A stretch of DNA of 63,802 nt, filler included, from Octopus bimaculoides (GCF_001194135.2; 6 parts of 6 records of this genome joined end to end with filler, not necessarily neighbours in it), one strand, 5' to 3'. Numbered from the whole stretch's first letter, positions 38,701 to 52,293 are shown. Notes: generated from the sequence alone by a model not told the origin. Made by a program: numbers and translations.

Positions 38701-40181
38701 ATTTACAGCAATATGTCTAAGAAAAGTCCGTTTTTTGGCTGTTATGCTGTAAAACTCCCTATACATGCATTCGTCAACGTGTGACCATTGCATTAGTTTA
38801 ACTCTGGGATCATCAAAATAACATCCTTCTGCAGTGAATGATCTTTAGTTGAAAAGCAATAGACAAACGGGAATAAAAAATTTTTTTAAATGCCTTGATA
38901 TAACTTTATATGTGTGAATGTGTGCGTGCTTGTATGTATGTGTTTACACGCATATCGAAAAAAGTTAAAAAAACCCCCAAAATTGGGGGAGTGGGGATTT
39001 AAAATTTCAAAAATGTGACTTTTTTGCATATTCTGCATCTCCGTCATCGAAAACATAGGAAACCGCTGAGAATCGTTTACAAGACCGACATATACAACAG
39101 GTATGTAAAACATGCTGTTTCACTTGTTTCAGCCGTTCGTTTTCAGTGAGCTGCAGAGACTGTTACGCACGCACACCCTTTCTTGCTGGGTGGTGAGGGG
39201 TGTGTGGATCAATTTTAGAGTTTTTCATACAAAATTTGAAATTAATTAATTTTGGGGGAAAGACTTCCGCNNNNNNNNNNNNNNNNNNNNNNNNNNNNNN
39301 NNNNNNNNNNNNNNTTAATTAATTAANNNNNNNNNNNNNNNNNNNNNNNNNNNNNNNNNNNNNNNNNNNNATATATATATATATATAGTGAATCCAAGCA
39401 TGAGAAAACAACAACGCGAGGACGTGGTACAAGTACTGTATTATCAGAGGCTCAGGAAAGGAAAGAAAGTGGATTTAACGTTTCGAGCAAAGCACTTCTT
39501 CAGAAATAGAGGGAAGTCCAAAAGAAGAGAAGACTCTCGGGGTCAATAAATTAAGTACCAGTTACGCACTGGGGTCGACCTAATCGACATAATCTCCTTG
39601 TCTGTCCTTGTTTGTCCCCTCTATGTTTAGCCCCTTGTGGGCAATAAAGAAATAAGAAACGTTAGCAGGCCGGGCGAAGTGCTTAGCGGTATTTCGTCTG
39701 TCTTTACGTTCTGAGTTGAAATTCCGCCGAGGTCGACTTTGTCTTTCATCCTCTCGGGGTCGATAAATTAAGTACCAGTTACGTACTGGGGTCGATGTAA
39801 TCGACTTAATCTCCTTGTCTGTCCTTGTTTGTCCCCTCTAGGTTTAGCCCCTTAAAGGTGTGAATATATTATTGACTAAATCTATCTCAAAAGTATTTGT
39901 GTATTTCTGGTATTTTTTTTTCCAAAGCACTTTCTTCCTACACCAGGAAATAATGATAAGGTGAGTCGACTCTAGTATGAGATCATATCGGAGAAACTTT
40001 AAAGTCGTATAACATTCAATTCTAATTTTGTCTGCTACCCCATCGTCCTTATTTGTATTAATTAAGGCAATTAATAACGTAAACAGCCATCAATAATATT
40101 TATTTTGATAGAGTTTGTACAAGTTAAGAGATATAAACGAATCAAGAGGAAGCCTTAATTGCGCAAAATAAATTATGTTAT

Positions 40182-40218
<37 letters not shown>

Positions 40219-42179
40219 TATAATATGTTATTGATTAATGAAAGTGTTTATGTTGTTTTTTAATTAGGTTGTAGGTAAATAGATTATGACCAAGGACGTT
40301 CCATCCATGATAATCCAACTATTTTCTGGCATTGTGCATCAAGGAGTGTATTATGCAATGTACTCCCTTTGTTTAACAGTAGGGTCTGTTTTGAAAGATG
40401 TTTTTGTTTGAAGGCCCCAAGTTACTCTGCTGGCTAACCCCCCCCCCCCCCAAAGGAATGTGTATCATATACAATGCAAGGACACATGAAAAATATCTCG
40501 TGTATCACATATGATACACAGGACAGGTAAAGTGCTAATTCCACATATTATCATTTCTGTAATTGACAAGAATTCTCAAAATATCAGTTCTTTTTATTAT
40601 TTCATTTTCTAAGGAATTGCTTTCGATTAGATGCAAATAATCGATTTTCTTCAAATTGCCTTTCCCTCGCAATATTCATCTTAATGTCTCCGAAGGATGA
40701 AAGAATGAAAGTTGAATTCGATATATTGTCAGTGTTCAGGCATTATGTGCTTGTATGGGTGTATGTGTATATATTGCCTGTGTTCAGGTATTATGTGCTT
40801 GTGTGGGTGTGGGAGTGTGCATGATGGTATGTGTGGTGTGTGTACTGAGTTAAATAGTGTGTGGGGCTGCTCGTATAGTGGTATGTGTGGTAACGCTATT
40901 GAAGATGGTGTGTGGACAATGGTGTGTTAAGTGAGTAATGAGTTGAACAGTGTGTATGGGTGTTTGTATAGTGGTGTGTGTGTGGTGAGGGTACCGAGAT
41001 AGTCGTTATGCAGGTGTGTGGGTGGAGGGTGGCAGTTGANNNNNNNNNNNNNNNNNNNNNNNNNNNNNNNNNNNNNNNNNNNNNNNNNNNNNNNNNNNNN
41101 NNNNNNNNNNNNNNNNNNNNNNNNNNNNNNNNNNNNNNNNNNNNNNNNNNNNNNNNNNNNNNNNNNNNNNNNNNNNNNNNNNNNNNNNNNNNNNNNNNNN
41201 NNNNNNNNNNNNNNNNNNNNNNNNNNNNNNNNNNNNNNNNNNNNNNNNNNNNNNNNNNNNNNNNNNNNNNNNNNNNNNNNNNNNNNNNNNNNNNNNNNNN
41301 NNNNNNNNNNNNNNNNNNNNNNNNNNNNNNNNNNNNNNNNNNNNNNNNNNNNNNNNNNNNNNNNNNNNNNNNNNNNNNNNNNNNNNNNNNNNNNNNNNNN
41401 NNNNNNNNNNNNNNNNNNNNNNNNNNNNNNNNNNNNNNNNNNNNNNNNNNNNNNNNNNNNNNNNNNNNNNNNNNNNNNNNNNNNNNNNNNNNNNNNNNNN
41501 NNNNNNNNNNNNNNNNNNNNNNNNNNNNNNNNNNNNNNNNNNNNNNNNNNNNNNNNNNNNNNNNNNNNNNNNNNNNNNNNNNNNNNNNNNNNNNNNNNNN
41601 NNNNNNNNNNNNNNNNNNNNNNNNNNNNNNNNNNNNNNNNNNNNNNNNNNNNNNNNNNNNNNNNNNNNNNNNNNNNNNNNNNNNNNNNNNNNNNNNNNNN
41701 NNNNNNNNNNNNNNNNNNNNNNNNNNNNNNNNNNNNNNNNNNNNNNNNNNNNNNNNNNNNNNNNNNNNNNNNNNNNNNNNNNNNNNNNNNNNNNNNNNNN
41801 NNNNNCCTGTATCAAATTTCTTGTATCAAATTTGTTCTTGTATCAAAATGACGTTCGTTACTTTTCTTCGTTTAATTTCCGACCAACAAACCTTATACAA
41901 TATGCATGGTACTGCATGATACATTTTAAGAATGGATTAATAAATATCAAATATACCAGGCTTTAAAAATGTATTCATTTTATTAACTAGTTCTTTACTT
42001 ATGGTTTATTTCATAGTTAATGTTTCAAGTACACATTTAGGCGGTTTGCAGAAAGCTGGAAAATCCACAAATCCAGGCTTCTTCCGGTCCCAAGCCTGCA
42101 GGTACTGTGTGTGTGTGAGAGTGTGTACGTGTTACAAGGTAAAAACATCAAAAGAAAAATACATGCAAATATAGTTATC

Positions 42180-42185
42180 TTTATT
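42180..42185 (-). promoter_or_regulatory. Putative AATAAA polyadenylation signal of the STMC6-like gene
   Basis: tttatt on the + strand, ~80 nt downstream of the stop codon at 42266. Confidence 0.5.
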
Positions 42186-42265
42186 AGTACACGACTATAA
42201 TATTAATTGTACTGAAATATATTTGGTGAATTTAAGAAAATATATATATTTTTTTATAATGCCAA

Positions 42266-42356
42266 TCAGTACTGGTTATTCTTTTGGGTGCCTTTTGTTC
42301 CCTCTTCAAACATTGGATTGTTAAAATAAAGTTGCCTTTCTGCAGATGGATTTGAT
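42266..42356 (-). CDS. Shisa-like/STMC6 membrane protein, coding exon 4 (cytoplasmic tail and stop)
   Basis: tcctgttgtgttttacag|a (phase 2), then SNPSAERQLYFNNPMFEEGTKGTQKNNQY*. Confidence 0.8.
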
Positions 42357-43120
42357 CTGTAAAACACAACAGGATAACATTCAAAATACATGTATGCATG
42401 GAATATAGTGAAAAAATACGGGATGTAAATTATGGTTGGGTGTTACGATATATTCATGCTAATGGAGCTTCGGGTTTAGTCCCACTGCGTGGCATCTTGG
42501 GCAAGTGTCTTCTACTATAGCCTCGGGCCGACCAAAGCCTTGTGAGTTGATTTGGTAACGGAAACTGAAAGANNNNNNNNNNATATATGTATGTATGTAT
42601 GTATGTGGGGGTGTGTGTGTGTTTGTGTGTCTGTGTTTGTCCCCCCAACATGACTTATAAAAAACATTTAACGGACTTATATTTTTTCATGATATTTTTA
42701 CCTCACAACGTTTTTGATGCAAATTTTTGTTGCATGGGACCAAAACTATGAAATTCCTCATACTTTCTTCTATCATTGAATCTAAGATAAATATATAATT
42801 TGTTTTTTTTAAACTTGATTGGAAGCGTTACTTACTCTCCTACAACGTTGCTTCAAATTTTGACGCAAACTTTTTTCTACTGAACCAAATCTCAATTTTT
42901 TTTAATGCCAAAATCTAGCTAGGGACCATTCCTTTTCAATTTTGTTAAGAACTGAATTAGTGACAAAGCTCTGAAGATGCTGCATGTGAGTAAGTTGCGG
43001 CCCTAAGAATATTATTCAACTACTACCGTAGTTGAATGATATACACACACAATGATATATACACACATACTCACACATATGCATTTAGCATAAATAGCAC
43101 AAAATATGACATATACGTAC

Positions 43121-43252
43121 TTTTTGCATAAATAGTTCTTCAATGGTTGCTTTAGACTGCAATAGTTGACATCTTTGAAAAAGTAGAAACAAAGTATAAC
43201 TACAACACCAACGACAATGAAAATATAAACCCAGAGTTCAAACTGGTTTTTG
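43121..43252 (-). CDS. Shisa-like/STMC6 membrane protein, coding exon 3 (transmembrane helix)
   Basis: ttctttcttctttttttcgcag|c ... aa|gtacgt; KNQFELWVYIFIVVGVVVILCFYFFKDVNYCSLKQPLKNYLCK; phases 2/2 fit both neighbours. Confidence 0.85.
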
Positions 43253-43319
43253 CTGCGAAAAAAAGAAGAAAGAACAATTAGGCGTACAGTATAACATTTA
43301 ATATGGTTCTTTATATATG

Positions 43320-43610
43320 TTGGCACTCCGTCGCTTACGACGACGAGGGTTCCAGCTGATCCGATCAACAGAACAGCCTGCTCGTGAAATTAACGTGCAA
43401 GTGGCTGAGCACTCCACAGACACGTGTAGCCTTAACGTAGTTCTCGGGAATATTCAGCGTGACACAGTGTGACAAGGCTGGCCCTTTGAAATACAGGTAC
43501 AACAGAAACAGGAAGAAAGAATGAGAGAAAGTTGTGGTGGAAGAGTACAGCAGGGTTCGCCACCATCCCCTGCCGGAGCCTCGTGGAGCTTTAGGTGTTT
43601 TCGCTCAATT
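43320..43610 (+). mobile_element. Interspersed repeat (RTE-like 3' tail family); second copy at ~60110-60290
   Basis: ggcactccgtcg...gagggttcca.ttgatccgatcaac.gaacagcctgct.gtgaaattaacgtgcaagtggctgag..tccacagacac shared by both loci. Confidence 0.75.
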
Positions 43611-44404
43611 AAAGGAAAAAATTATGTAAGGTGGGTTGGCAGAATCGTTAACGCGTCGGACAAAATGTCTTGCAGTATTTCATCCAACTCCTTCTGTTTT
43701 GAGGTCAATCGCGCAGAGGGTAGTTCTACCTTTTCTTCTTTTCGGGGGTTCGATGAAATATGCAGCTATCGAATATTAGAGTCGATGTAATCCTTGACCT
43801 TTCGCCAAAATAAGGAACGGTTAAAAAGTAAAAAAGAACAAAAGGGCAGTGAACGGAAGAGTCATTAGCACGCTGGACAAAATGTTTAGCGGCATTGCCT
43901 ATGACTTTGCGTTCAAATTCCACCGAAGTCAATTGTACCTTCCATCCTTTCTGGTTCGATAAGATAAGCACCAGTTGAACATTAGGGTCGACGTAGTCGA
44001 CTACCCTCTACCCACAAAATTTCAGGCTTTGTGCCAAAGACAGAAATATTATTGTTCACATACATACACACAGAACGGGACAAAATTGCTTTCGGGCCCC
44101 GGAAAGCGCTGTCCTCTCAAAATTCAAGTAGGCTGAGCGTGTTTTACTTTCTTCTTTTAGGGAAGTTTCCCGCAAACACATACACATATGTACCCACACT
44201 ACGTACCACACTTAATCTCATAAAATATTCTACAATATATATCGAATGTATGATATAACTGGGACAACAAATATGAGGGTTGCACATTTACGGGACGTTT
44301 GCGGGCATCTACCTGCGTGGCATAAATCTGCTTGACCAAAATTGGTCTGGAGATAATGTACTCGGACCCCATTCGAAACATTTAATGCGAACTGAATAAC
44401 TTAC

Positions 44405-44552
44405 AGGTCTTCGGTAGTCTTTTCTTCACAACAAGTATATTCTACACCTCCTTCAGGTTGGCAGCAACGTGGTTTTTCTGGCTCAGGACAATAGTAAACA
44501 TTAGGAGGGCGGTCGCCCAGTTCCTTGACCTTCTGACATTTCACCCCTTTGT
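44405..44552 (-). CDS. Shisa-like/STMC6 membrane protein, coding exon 2 (six-cysteine ectodomain)
   Basis: atatttcag|ac ... ct|gtaagt; KGVKCQKVKELGDRPPNVYYCPEPEKPRCCQPEGGVEYTCCEEKTTED; C-x15-C-x7-CC-x9-CC. Confidence 0.85.
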
Positions 44553-46064
44553 CTGAAATATATGAGATCCTTTCAGGTTTATTCATATAAAGGAGCATAT
44601 TTCAAAGGTACATTCACACACATTGACACATATACAATAACATACTCAAACATGCAATATCTCCGACAAAAAAGACCGCATAAGATATCGATACATTGTT
44701 AAATGTTTCGATACATTTAACAAAGATCTTAATGTAGGTAGAACGCCGACTTTCTGGATACTGATGAACTAAAGCCTTTTATAATCCACAAGCAAGAACT
44801 TCAAATTTCCGCAGCTGCCAGACTAGTTTGCTGACACCTTTCACAGTACAGTATTAACGAGTAGCAAGGTTCCTTCTCGAGTTACATAGACGCATAAGGC
44901 CGGTTTCTCTGGTGTATATATACTCTCCACCTGGATGGGACACCTGCCCGTTGCAGGATTACTCATTTTAACCAGCTGAGTGTACTGGAGCAACGTGGAA
45001 TGAAGTGTTTTACTCAAGAAGTGTTTTGCTTCGTCCGGTCCAGGAATCGAAACCATAACCTTACGATCCTGAGTCCAAGACCCTAAACACTAAACCACGC
45101 GCCTTCACAAGTATTAATAAACATTTATAATAACGTATAGGTACCTGTATTTCATTTAATTATTTAAGTAAATTCAATATTTGTTTAACTTACTAATTTA
45201 CGTACAGGTAGAGTGTATTTAACTTGACACAAGGTGAAGGTGAGGGCTGATTCGCTGTATGCAAATGAGTTCATTACTGGGCTCCGGAACTCTCGTAGGA
45301 AAAAAAATTCGCAGGTGGGACGCCGGTCTGTCGCAAGATTGCACATTTTTACCAGCTAAGTGGACTGGAGCAACATGAAATGAACTGTTTTCCTCAAGAA
45401 CATAACACATCGCTCGGGCCAGGAATCGAAACCTCAATCTTACGATCATGAGTTCATCGCCCCTAACCACTAAGCCAGGCGCCCTTATTAGTATCAATAT
45501 AGGATGAGGGTGAGGACCAAGAAGAGTAATGAGCGTTGAAGTCAACGAGGACGATGTTTCACGAGTAACGAAGTGACGTAAGTATTCTCGATGTCAGAAA
45601 AAATATCGAAACATTTTGTTGGTGGTTGGAGGAATTCAGAGAGTGCTAGAGGGAGTAGATATATTTGGAGGAAAAAGAAAGTGAGAAGTTTTTGTTGTTG
45701 ATATCTAAATGACAAAGCTGAATGATGGGGGTGACCAGAATCTTCATATGTACAGACACTATCTTTTGAAGCGAAGGTTGAAGAAAGCTCAACAAGTGTC
45801 TCCTTTGGTGGTGTGATCCGATCGAGATTCTTACTACTATTTTTAGCAGACTGAATGACCACATATAGATTCCATCGGTTTGTAGGTATTACTCACAGTA
45901 GATCGAGCGAATGTGAAAGCGGAGTTGTAACAAGTCGAAACGTGTTTGAGTGTTTGATTCAAAGCAGTCGAAGCAAAGCAGCGAAGAGTAAACAAAGGCG
46001 CGCGCGATAGAGGATGTCCTATCGCTGATATAGGTTTATGTATTGTATACGAAGGCGAAGTGGA

Positions 46065-46282
46065 GGCGCGTGGCTTAGTGGTTAGGGTGTCAGCATCATG
46101 ATCGTAAGATTGTGGTTTCGATTCCTGGATCGGGCAACGCGTTGTGTTCTTGAGCAAAACACTTCATTGCACTTTGCTCCAGTCCACTCAGCTGCCAAAA
46201 ATGAGTAACGCTGCGATGGACTGGCGTCCCGTCCAGAAAGGGAACGCATGCGCCATTGAAACTGGGAAACCGGGCCCATGAG
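46065..46282 (+). mobile_element. tRNA-derived SINE (family D); other copies at ~15010-15090, 26280-26510, 44860-45105, 45310-45480, 60280-60420
   Basis: gcgtggcttagtggttagggtg...tcgtaagattgtggtttcgattcctgg...gtgttcttgagcaaaacacttcattgcactttgctccagtccactcagctg; box A/box B-like head. Confidence 0.85.
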
Positions 46283-47190
46283 NNNNNNNNNNNNNNNNNN
46301 NNNNNNNNNNNNNNNNNNNNNNNNNNNNNNNNNNNNNNNNNNNNNNNNNNNNNNNNNNNNNNNNNNNNNNNNNNNNNNNNNNNNNNNNNNNNNNNNNNNN
46401 NNNNNNNNNNNNNNNNNNNNNNNNNNNNNNNNNNNNNNNNNNNNNNNNNNNNNNNNNNNNNNNNNNNNNNNNNNNNNNNNNNNNNNNNNNNNNNNNNNNN
46501 NNNNNNNNNNNNNNNNNNNNNNNNNNNNNNNNNNNNNNNNNNNNNNNNNNNNNNNNNNNNNNNNNNNNNNNNNNNNNNNNNNNNNNNNNNNNNNNNNNNN
46601 NNNNNNNNNNNNNNNNNNNNNNNNNNNNNNNNNNNNNNNNNNNNNNNNNNNNNNNNNNNNNNNNNNNNNNNNNNNNNNNNNNNNNNNNNNNNNNNNNNNN
46701 NNNNNNNNNNNNNNNNNNNNNNNNNNNNNNNNNNNNNNNNNNNNNNNNNNNNNNNNNNNNNNNNNNNNNNNNNNNNNNNNNNNNNNNNNNNNNNNNNNNN
46801 NNNNNNNNNNNNNNNNNNNNNNNNNNNNNNNNNNNNNNNNNNNNNNNNNNNNNNNNNNNNNNNNNNNNNNNNNNNNNNNNNNNNNNNNNNNNNNNNNNNN
46901 NNNNNNNNNNNNNNNNNNNNNNNNNNNNNNNNNNNNNNNNNNNNNNNNNNNNNNNNNNNNNNNNNNNNNNNNNNNNNNNNNNNNNNNNNNNNNNNNNNNN
47001 NNNNNNNNNNNNNNNNNNNNNNNNNNNNNNNNNNNNNNNNNNNNNNNNNNNNNNNNNNNNNNNNNNNNNNNNNNNNNNNNNNNNNNNNNNNNNNNNNNNN
47101 NNNNNNNNNNNNNNNNNNNNNNNNNNNNNNNNNNNNNNNNNNNNNNNNNNNNNNNNNNNNNNNNNNNNNNNNNNNNNNNNNNNNNNNNNN

Positions 47191-47226
<36 letters not shown>

Positions 47227-47436
47227 GGGATAAAAATCCAAATTTACAGGTAAAAACTCAATTAAGTTCAATTTATCAAAAATTAAAATTAAATTAAGTT
47301 TCACAGTATATAATATATAAATATATAATTTAGAGAAAAGAACCAAAGTTCATGAACTCATCCATGAAAATCCACAATTACATACAGAGAAAATTAATAA
47401 GTAAATACACAATAAAGAAGTATAAAATACAAAGTA

Positions 47437-47488
<52 letters not shown>

Positions 47489-48999
47489 TAAATGAAAGAC
47501 GGAAGATGGAATATACTAGAATTTATTATTAATCACGACAATTGTTTCGACTCGTCTAGCATCGATGATTTATGGTGCTTTAGTCACATATTTGACAAAA
47601 TTCTTCTTCTCCAATCAATAATAAAACAAGAAAAACAAAAGAAAAGTAAACCCACAAAATGGCGTATCAACCCGATTACTACGGAACGAAAATCGGTCAT
47701 GTCCATCTAAAATTTGATTATTGTTAACTGTGATAAGCGGTTTACCTCATGCTTTGAAAAAAATTAAAAACTCTCCTTATTCTGCAATAAGCTGAGACGT
47801 CCATCAGTGATACTTTTTACGGACATTTTCTCAGGTCTTTCTTAATTTTTCACATATTTAATCAAATATCTCATTACATAGTAAGAATCAGATATTTTTA
47901 GTGGTGGGTATGAAAACCGTATTTCCTGCGGGAGATATTGAAAAAAATATTGCAGAAGCAGAAAATATCAATTTTATTTTTTGGTGGATAATTAACATAA
48001 TTACAGGAGTGATCATGAAATTTAATTACGTAGTCAAAGCGTTAATTAATCTGAAACAGCTCTGAAGATGACGAGGAGTATTATAGGAGCGTGTAAAATC
48101 TTCCTTATAAAAGATTTTGAATATCAAAATCATTTGGAAACGTTTAGGCTCTAATGAAGTGGCTCAAAACAGTCCACAGAATTTTATGGGGCAGGGATAC
48201 ATGCTCTCATTCGAAGGTGGAACATTGCTATTGAAATAAATGGTGACTATGTTGAGAGGTAGGGATGTGATCCACAGAGGACTAGCTTTATTTCGATGTA
48301 TGATACATGTTCCTGTGTTGGTGATTATACCTGTCCTAAACAAAATGGCGTTACTTTTTGACTCACCCTCGTATTTATGTCTGAATAAAGAAAATACTCA
48401 CCCGAAACTTCGGCTCCAATGGCAAAGTTTATAGAGAGTAAAACACAAAGATATATCTGAAGCTGTAAACTAACCATTCTGCGTGGTTTAGTCTATCGCC
48501 TCTGAAAATCATCCATGTACTGTAAGTAGAGAAAAAAATGTATCGTTTTAGAAAAGTCAGTTGAGTTTTGTGTAAATTGTGGAGACAAGTGAGCTGAAAT
48601 TGTGCTGATTTTGAAACCAGGGCAAAGGAATTCGTTTAAACGATGAAACTAGGAGCCTAAAGCACCATCTATATTCACTCAATTAGCTCTCAGTTAGCTA
48701 GGAGCCATTGGCAAACTGTTTATTAGGAGTATGGGAACCAAAGCGGGATCCCTATAATCAACTAGATAAATTGTTTGACTGGATATCAGATCAAATTGTG
48801 TAGGTAAAGTGTACTTAGTAAATTAAATGAACACCACCGTTACATTACTGTTATTTCCTCTTGTCTGCCAGACACCCAGCTTTCTTTTTTGCGCATTTAA
48901 TGCATAGAAAGAATATGTTGATATTTTTAGCGAAATCCCAGCTGTGATTTGAACCACAGCTCTCAGATTTTCCCAGTTCAGAACCGCTAACTAATATAG

Positions 49000-49590
49000 T
49001 ATATCCATAAAAGGAAAAGTGTTACCATAAACGGTGGTTGACTTATAGCTGAAACGGCAATCTTCAAAGAACTTGTCCGAAAATATTATCAACCGAAGAT
49101 ACACGATGTTGTAGCTAGGACACTGTAAAATGAAATAACCCAGAGGCCAAAGATATAAGAATCTAAAGTATGATAGAAGCCATAGCCACTAAATAATAAA
49201 AAAAAAATACTGGTGGAATGTCCCAGTGAAAACCACAATAAAATGTAAACATAATAGACCTGACATAGTAATTTGGGATAGAGAAGAGAAACTGCGTAGA
49301 GTTGTGGAAATCAGCTGTCAAGCGGATGTTGACATAAGGCTAAAGATCAGCGAAAAAGAAAATACCTACGCTGAACTATTGAGGAATCTACAGCTAGTCT
49401 TTCTAGATTACAAGTTCAGGTTTGTACTTATAATTATTGGGGTACTAGGATATGTAACACACTGCCTAAATACCAATCCTGAGAAATTAGGCTTCTCAGA
49501 ACCAGAAAGGTGAAAGCTGATTCGAAGATTACAGATCCATGCCATCACTGGAACTGTTGTAATATGTAAAATTTCCTAGAAGTTTATCAT
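49000..49590 (+). mobile_element. Truncated RLE-type (R4/NeSL-like) non-LTR retrotransposon C-terminus, different subfamily from 28984
   Basis: ..HDVVARTL.. upstream, then WWNVPVKTTIKCKHNRPDIVIWDREEK...VEISCQAD...KENTYAELLRNLQ...IIIGVLG. Confidence 0.75.
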
Positions 49591-49981
49591 TTAAGTATAT
49601 ATGAGTATGTCTAGACAGTCAGGTGTAAGCATGAAAATACATACATAAAACAAAACATACAAATCTACACACATACATACATACATACCTACATAATACA
49701 TACATACATAATACATACATACATACATACAAACATACATACATAATACATACATACATAATGCATACATACATACATACGTAAATACATGCAAAATATC
49801 TTGTTGAAATTCCAATGATGGAGTCTTGGATCTAGGTTAGAAACTGGCTCTTTCTCTATTGGCAAGAATTCTTAAAATAATACTGATAATGACACACACA
49901 CACACATACATACATACACACACAAATACACATACAAATACACACACATTACACACATGCACATATAAACGTACGTGTGTG

Positions 49982-50036
<55 letters not shown>

Positions 50037-50061
50037 ATAGATATATCTATATCTATATTTA

Positions 50062-50112
<51 letters not shown>

Positions 50113-50959
50113 ATATATATATGTATATACACACACACCTACACACCCACGTAGACAGACACATACCAATAAGAATGCTAATTACCTTAAAATCAGGTTG
50201 TATATATAACAATACCTCCAGTGTGTGTATATACCAGAGCTATGCAGATAGTTGTGAACACCAAGAGACAATTGACAATATAATAAAGTTTACCTGCAAC
50301 CTACATATTTGTTTTTTCTTTTTTTTTTTATTATACGTTAAGCTTTTTTTTAATTATTTTTGTGTCATCAGCCGACGGAAACAGTATCAATCAATGTCTT
50401 TTTTTTGTTGTTGTTTTTCTTTTGTTCTTGTTCTTTTTTATTGCCATAACAACAACTGGTTTCAAGTCCATCCGAGCATTCCCACCTCCTACCGTCAGAT
50501 CATCCCCGTCCTCCACACCCACCACCCTCCACTGCCGCCGCAACCACCATCACCATCACCATCACCGCCGCTCTTTGGGTGATTATCGAAACCAATCAAT
50601 CACCTGCTCGTTCGGTCTAATGTAGGTGGTGGCTATTGAGAAACATGAGCCTTAATTACTGCTACTGTCGTCATGGTCGTTGTCATCATCCTTGCTGTGG
50701 TTGTTGTCATCGTTGTCGCTTTTGTTATTTTTGTAGTTACTCATGCAGCTGTTTCTTTTTATATCTGTAGATGTCGCTCTTGTTGTTGTTGTTGTTGTTG
50801 TTCTTCTTCTTCTTCTTCTTCTTCTTCTTCTTCTTCTTCTTTGATTCCTGAGCTTCTCAGCCACTGTCGGAACATTGCACTGTCTATTTCTTTTCTGTTT
50901 AGTTTAACCCAGTATTTGCGATGAAGGGGCTTTTCTTGCCATCTTTTTATCATGATCCG

Positions 50960-51520
50960 TTGTTGTTCCAGTTTTAGTTTGGATTTCAGTTGTTTTACAG
51001 CTTTTGTTGTTTCTTCTTTTTCTTCATAGTTGTTAGCTACTATGACTTCTTGTATTTGTCAGCTTCCTTAAAAACTGAAATCGGTTTTTTGTTTTGTTCG
51101 TGTTTTGTGGTTATTTGTATTAGCTTTACTTGCTTCTGAAATAGGTATTTCTGTAGTCCTATGGTGGTTACTTTGTTATAGTTTTATAGCTGTATAAGAC
51201 CTCTACCACCTTCCATACGTTGTATATATAACATTTCTATGCCAGATTTTGTGTGGTGCATCCTAAATCCTGTCATTATTTTTCTTGTTTCTCTGTCTAT
51301 TTTGATTAATTCATTTAGAGTCCAGTTAAGGATATTGTAGCTGTAACTTATAACTGGGACGGCTAGAGTGTTGATACCTATTATCTTGTTTTTAGCATTG
51401 AGCTCTCTTTTCAGTACTAATATAACTCGTCTTCTCTTTCATTTGTGTGTGTTGTATCGTAACTAATTCATTGATCCCTAAGTATTTGTATGTCTGGTTT
51501 TAGTATAATTCTCTTATTTC
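50960..51520 (-). mobile_element. R4/Dong-type RT C-terminal fragment
   Basis: Minus strand reads LKRELNAKNKIIGINTLAVPVISYSYNILNWTLNELIKIDRETRKIMTGFRMHHTKSGIERLYIQRMEGGRGLIQL, with the characteristic RLY..R..GGRGL motif. Confidence 0.85.
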
Positions 51521-52246
51521 ATTTGCTTTATCTAGTGTGACGTTGCTACTTAAGAGTAGCAACACCACACTAGTTTTCCTCTTTACAAGGTTGCTTTGGC
51601 ACATTTTTGTAAGCCAAATTTCATGTTTATTTATTTGGTAGATCCATATACTGTCTCTAGTAATGTTTCCCGAGTGAGAAAGCAGTGCATACCATCAAAG
51701 TGACACTGGGGTAAAATATACGAAGCCCAGTATACCCATCATGACTACCCGTCTGTTAAGGGTACAACAGGCACATGCATCACAACCATATGTGCGCGAC
51801 ATGGTGATCTCATATTAAGATAAACAGCGCATGACCTACCAGGTGGGCCCAGTTAGAATTTTCTTCAGGTCGAGTAGCCCATCCCGCACAAAAGGTTCCG
51901 AATAAGGTTTGTTTAAGGATGTTGAACGAAGCACCCATATTTCCAAAGGTGAATTATTCAAACCCCAAAGAATTCTTCTCAACACATAGCTATGATGCTT
52001 CCCCACTACTTCTGCTTGCAATCAGAGATGCACATATCGTCAGCCACCATGAGGGATATGCTCAACTGGTTAAGGTCAAACAGCTGACAAGCACATCTGT
52101 GCTATTGAGCAGAATATTTGCTGTAGCCCATCTTTTATACCAAGACAAAACAATGTACATGATAACACTTCTAATCAGTTAAGATCAGAAGCCACGGGAA
52201 CCAGTGTCTGGAACTGCACCAGGACATATTATTATTATTATTATTA

Positions 52247-52293
<47 letters not shown>

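Noticed and set aside
44646-44700. Nearby phase-1 donor (ttga|gtatgt) with hydrophobic YAVFFVGDIACL as an alternative signal exon
   Set aside because: The local ATG is out of frame with the donor; it would need an unverified homopolymer error
45259-45266. ATGCAAAT octamer
   Set aside because: A single 8-mer with no snRNA gene or PSE nearby; expected by chance
47510-48160. Further hammerhead-like words (GAAACAATTGTC on minus at ~47520; CTGAAGA...GAAACGTT on plus at 48062-48145)
   Set aside because: Core or stems too degenerate to call; at most decayed Penelope ends
48945-49015. tRNA-like T-arm hairpin (ctgtg gttcaaat cacag) on the minus strand
   Set aside because: No acceptor stem or clean anticodon arm; at most a SINE head or pseudogene
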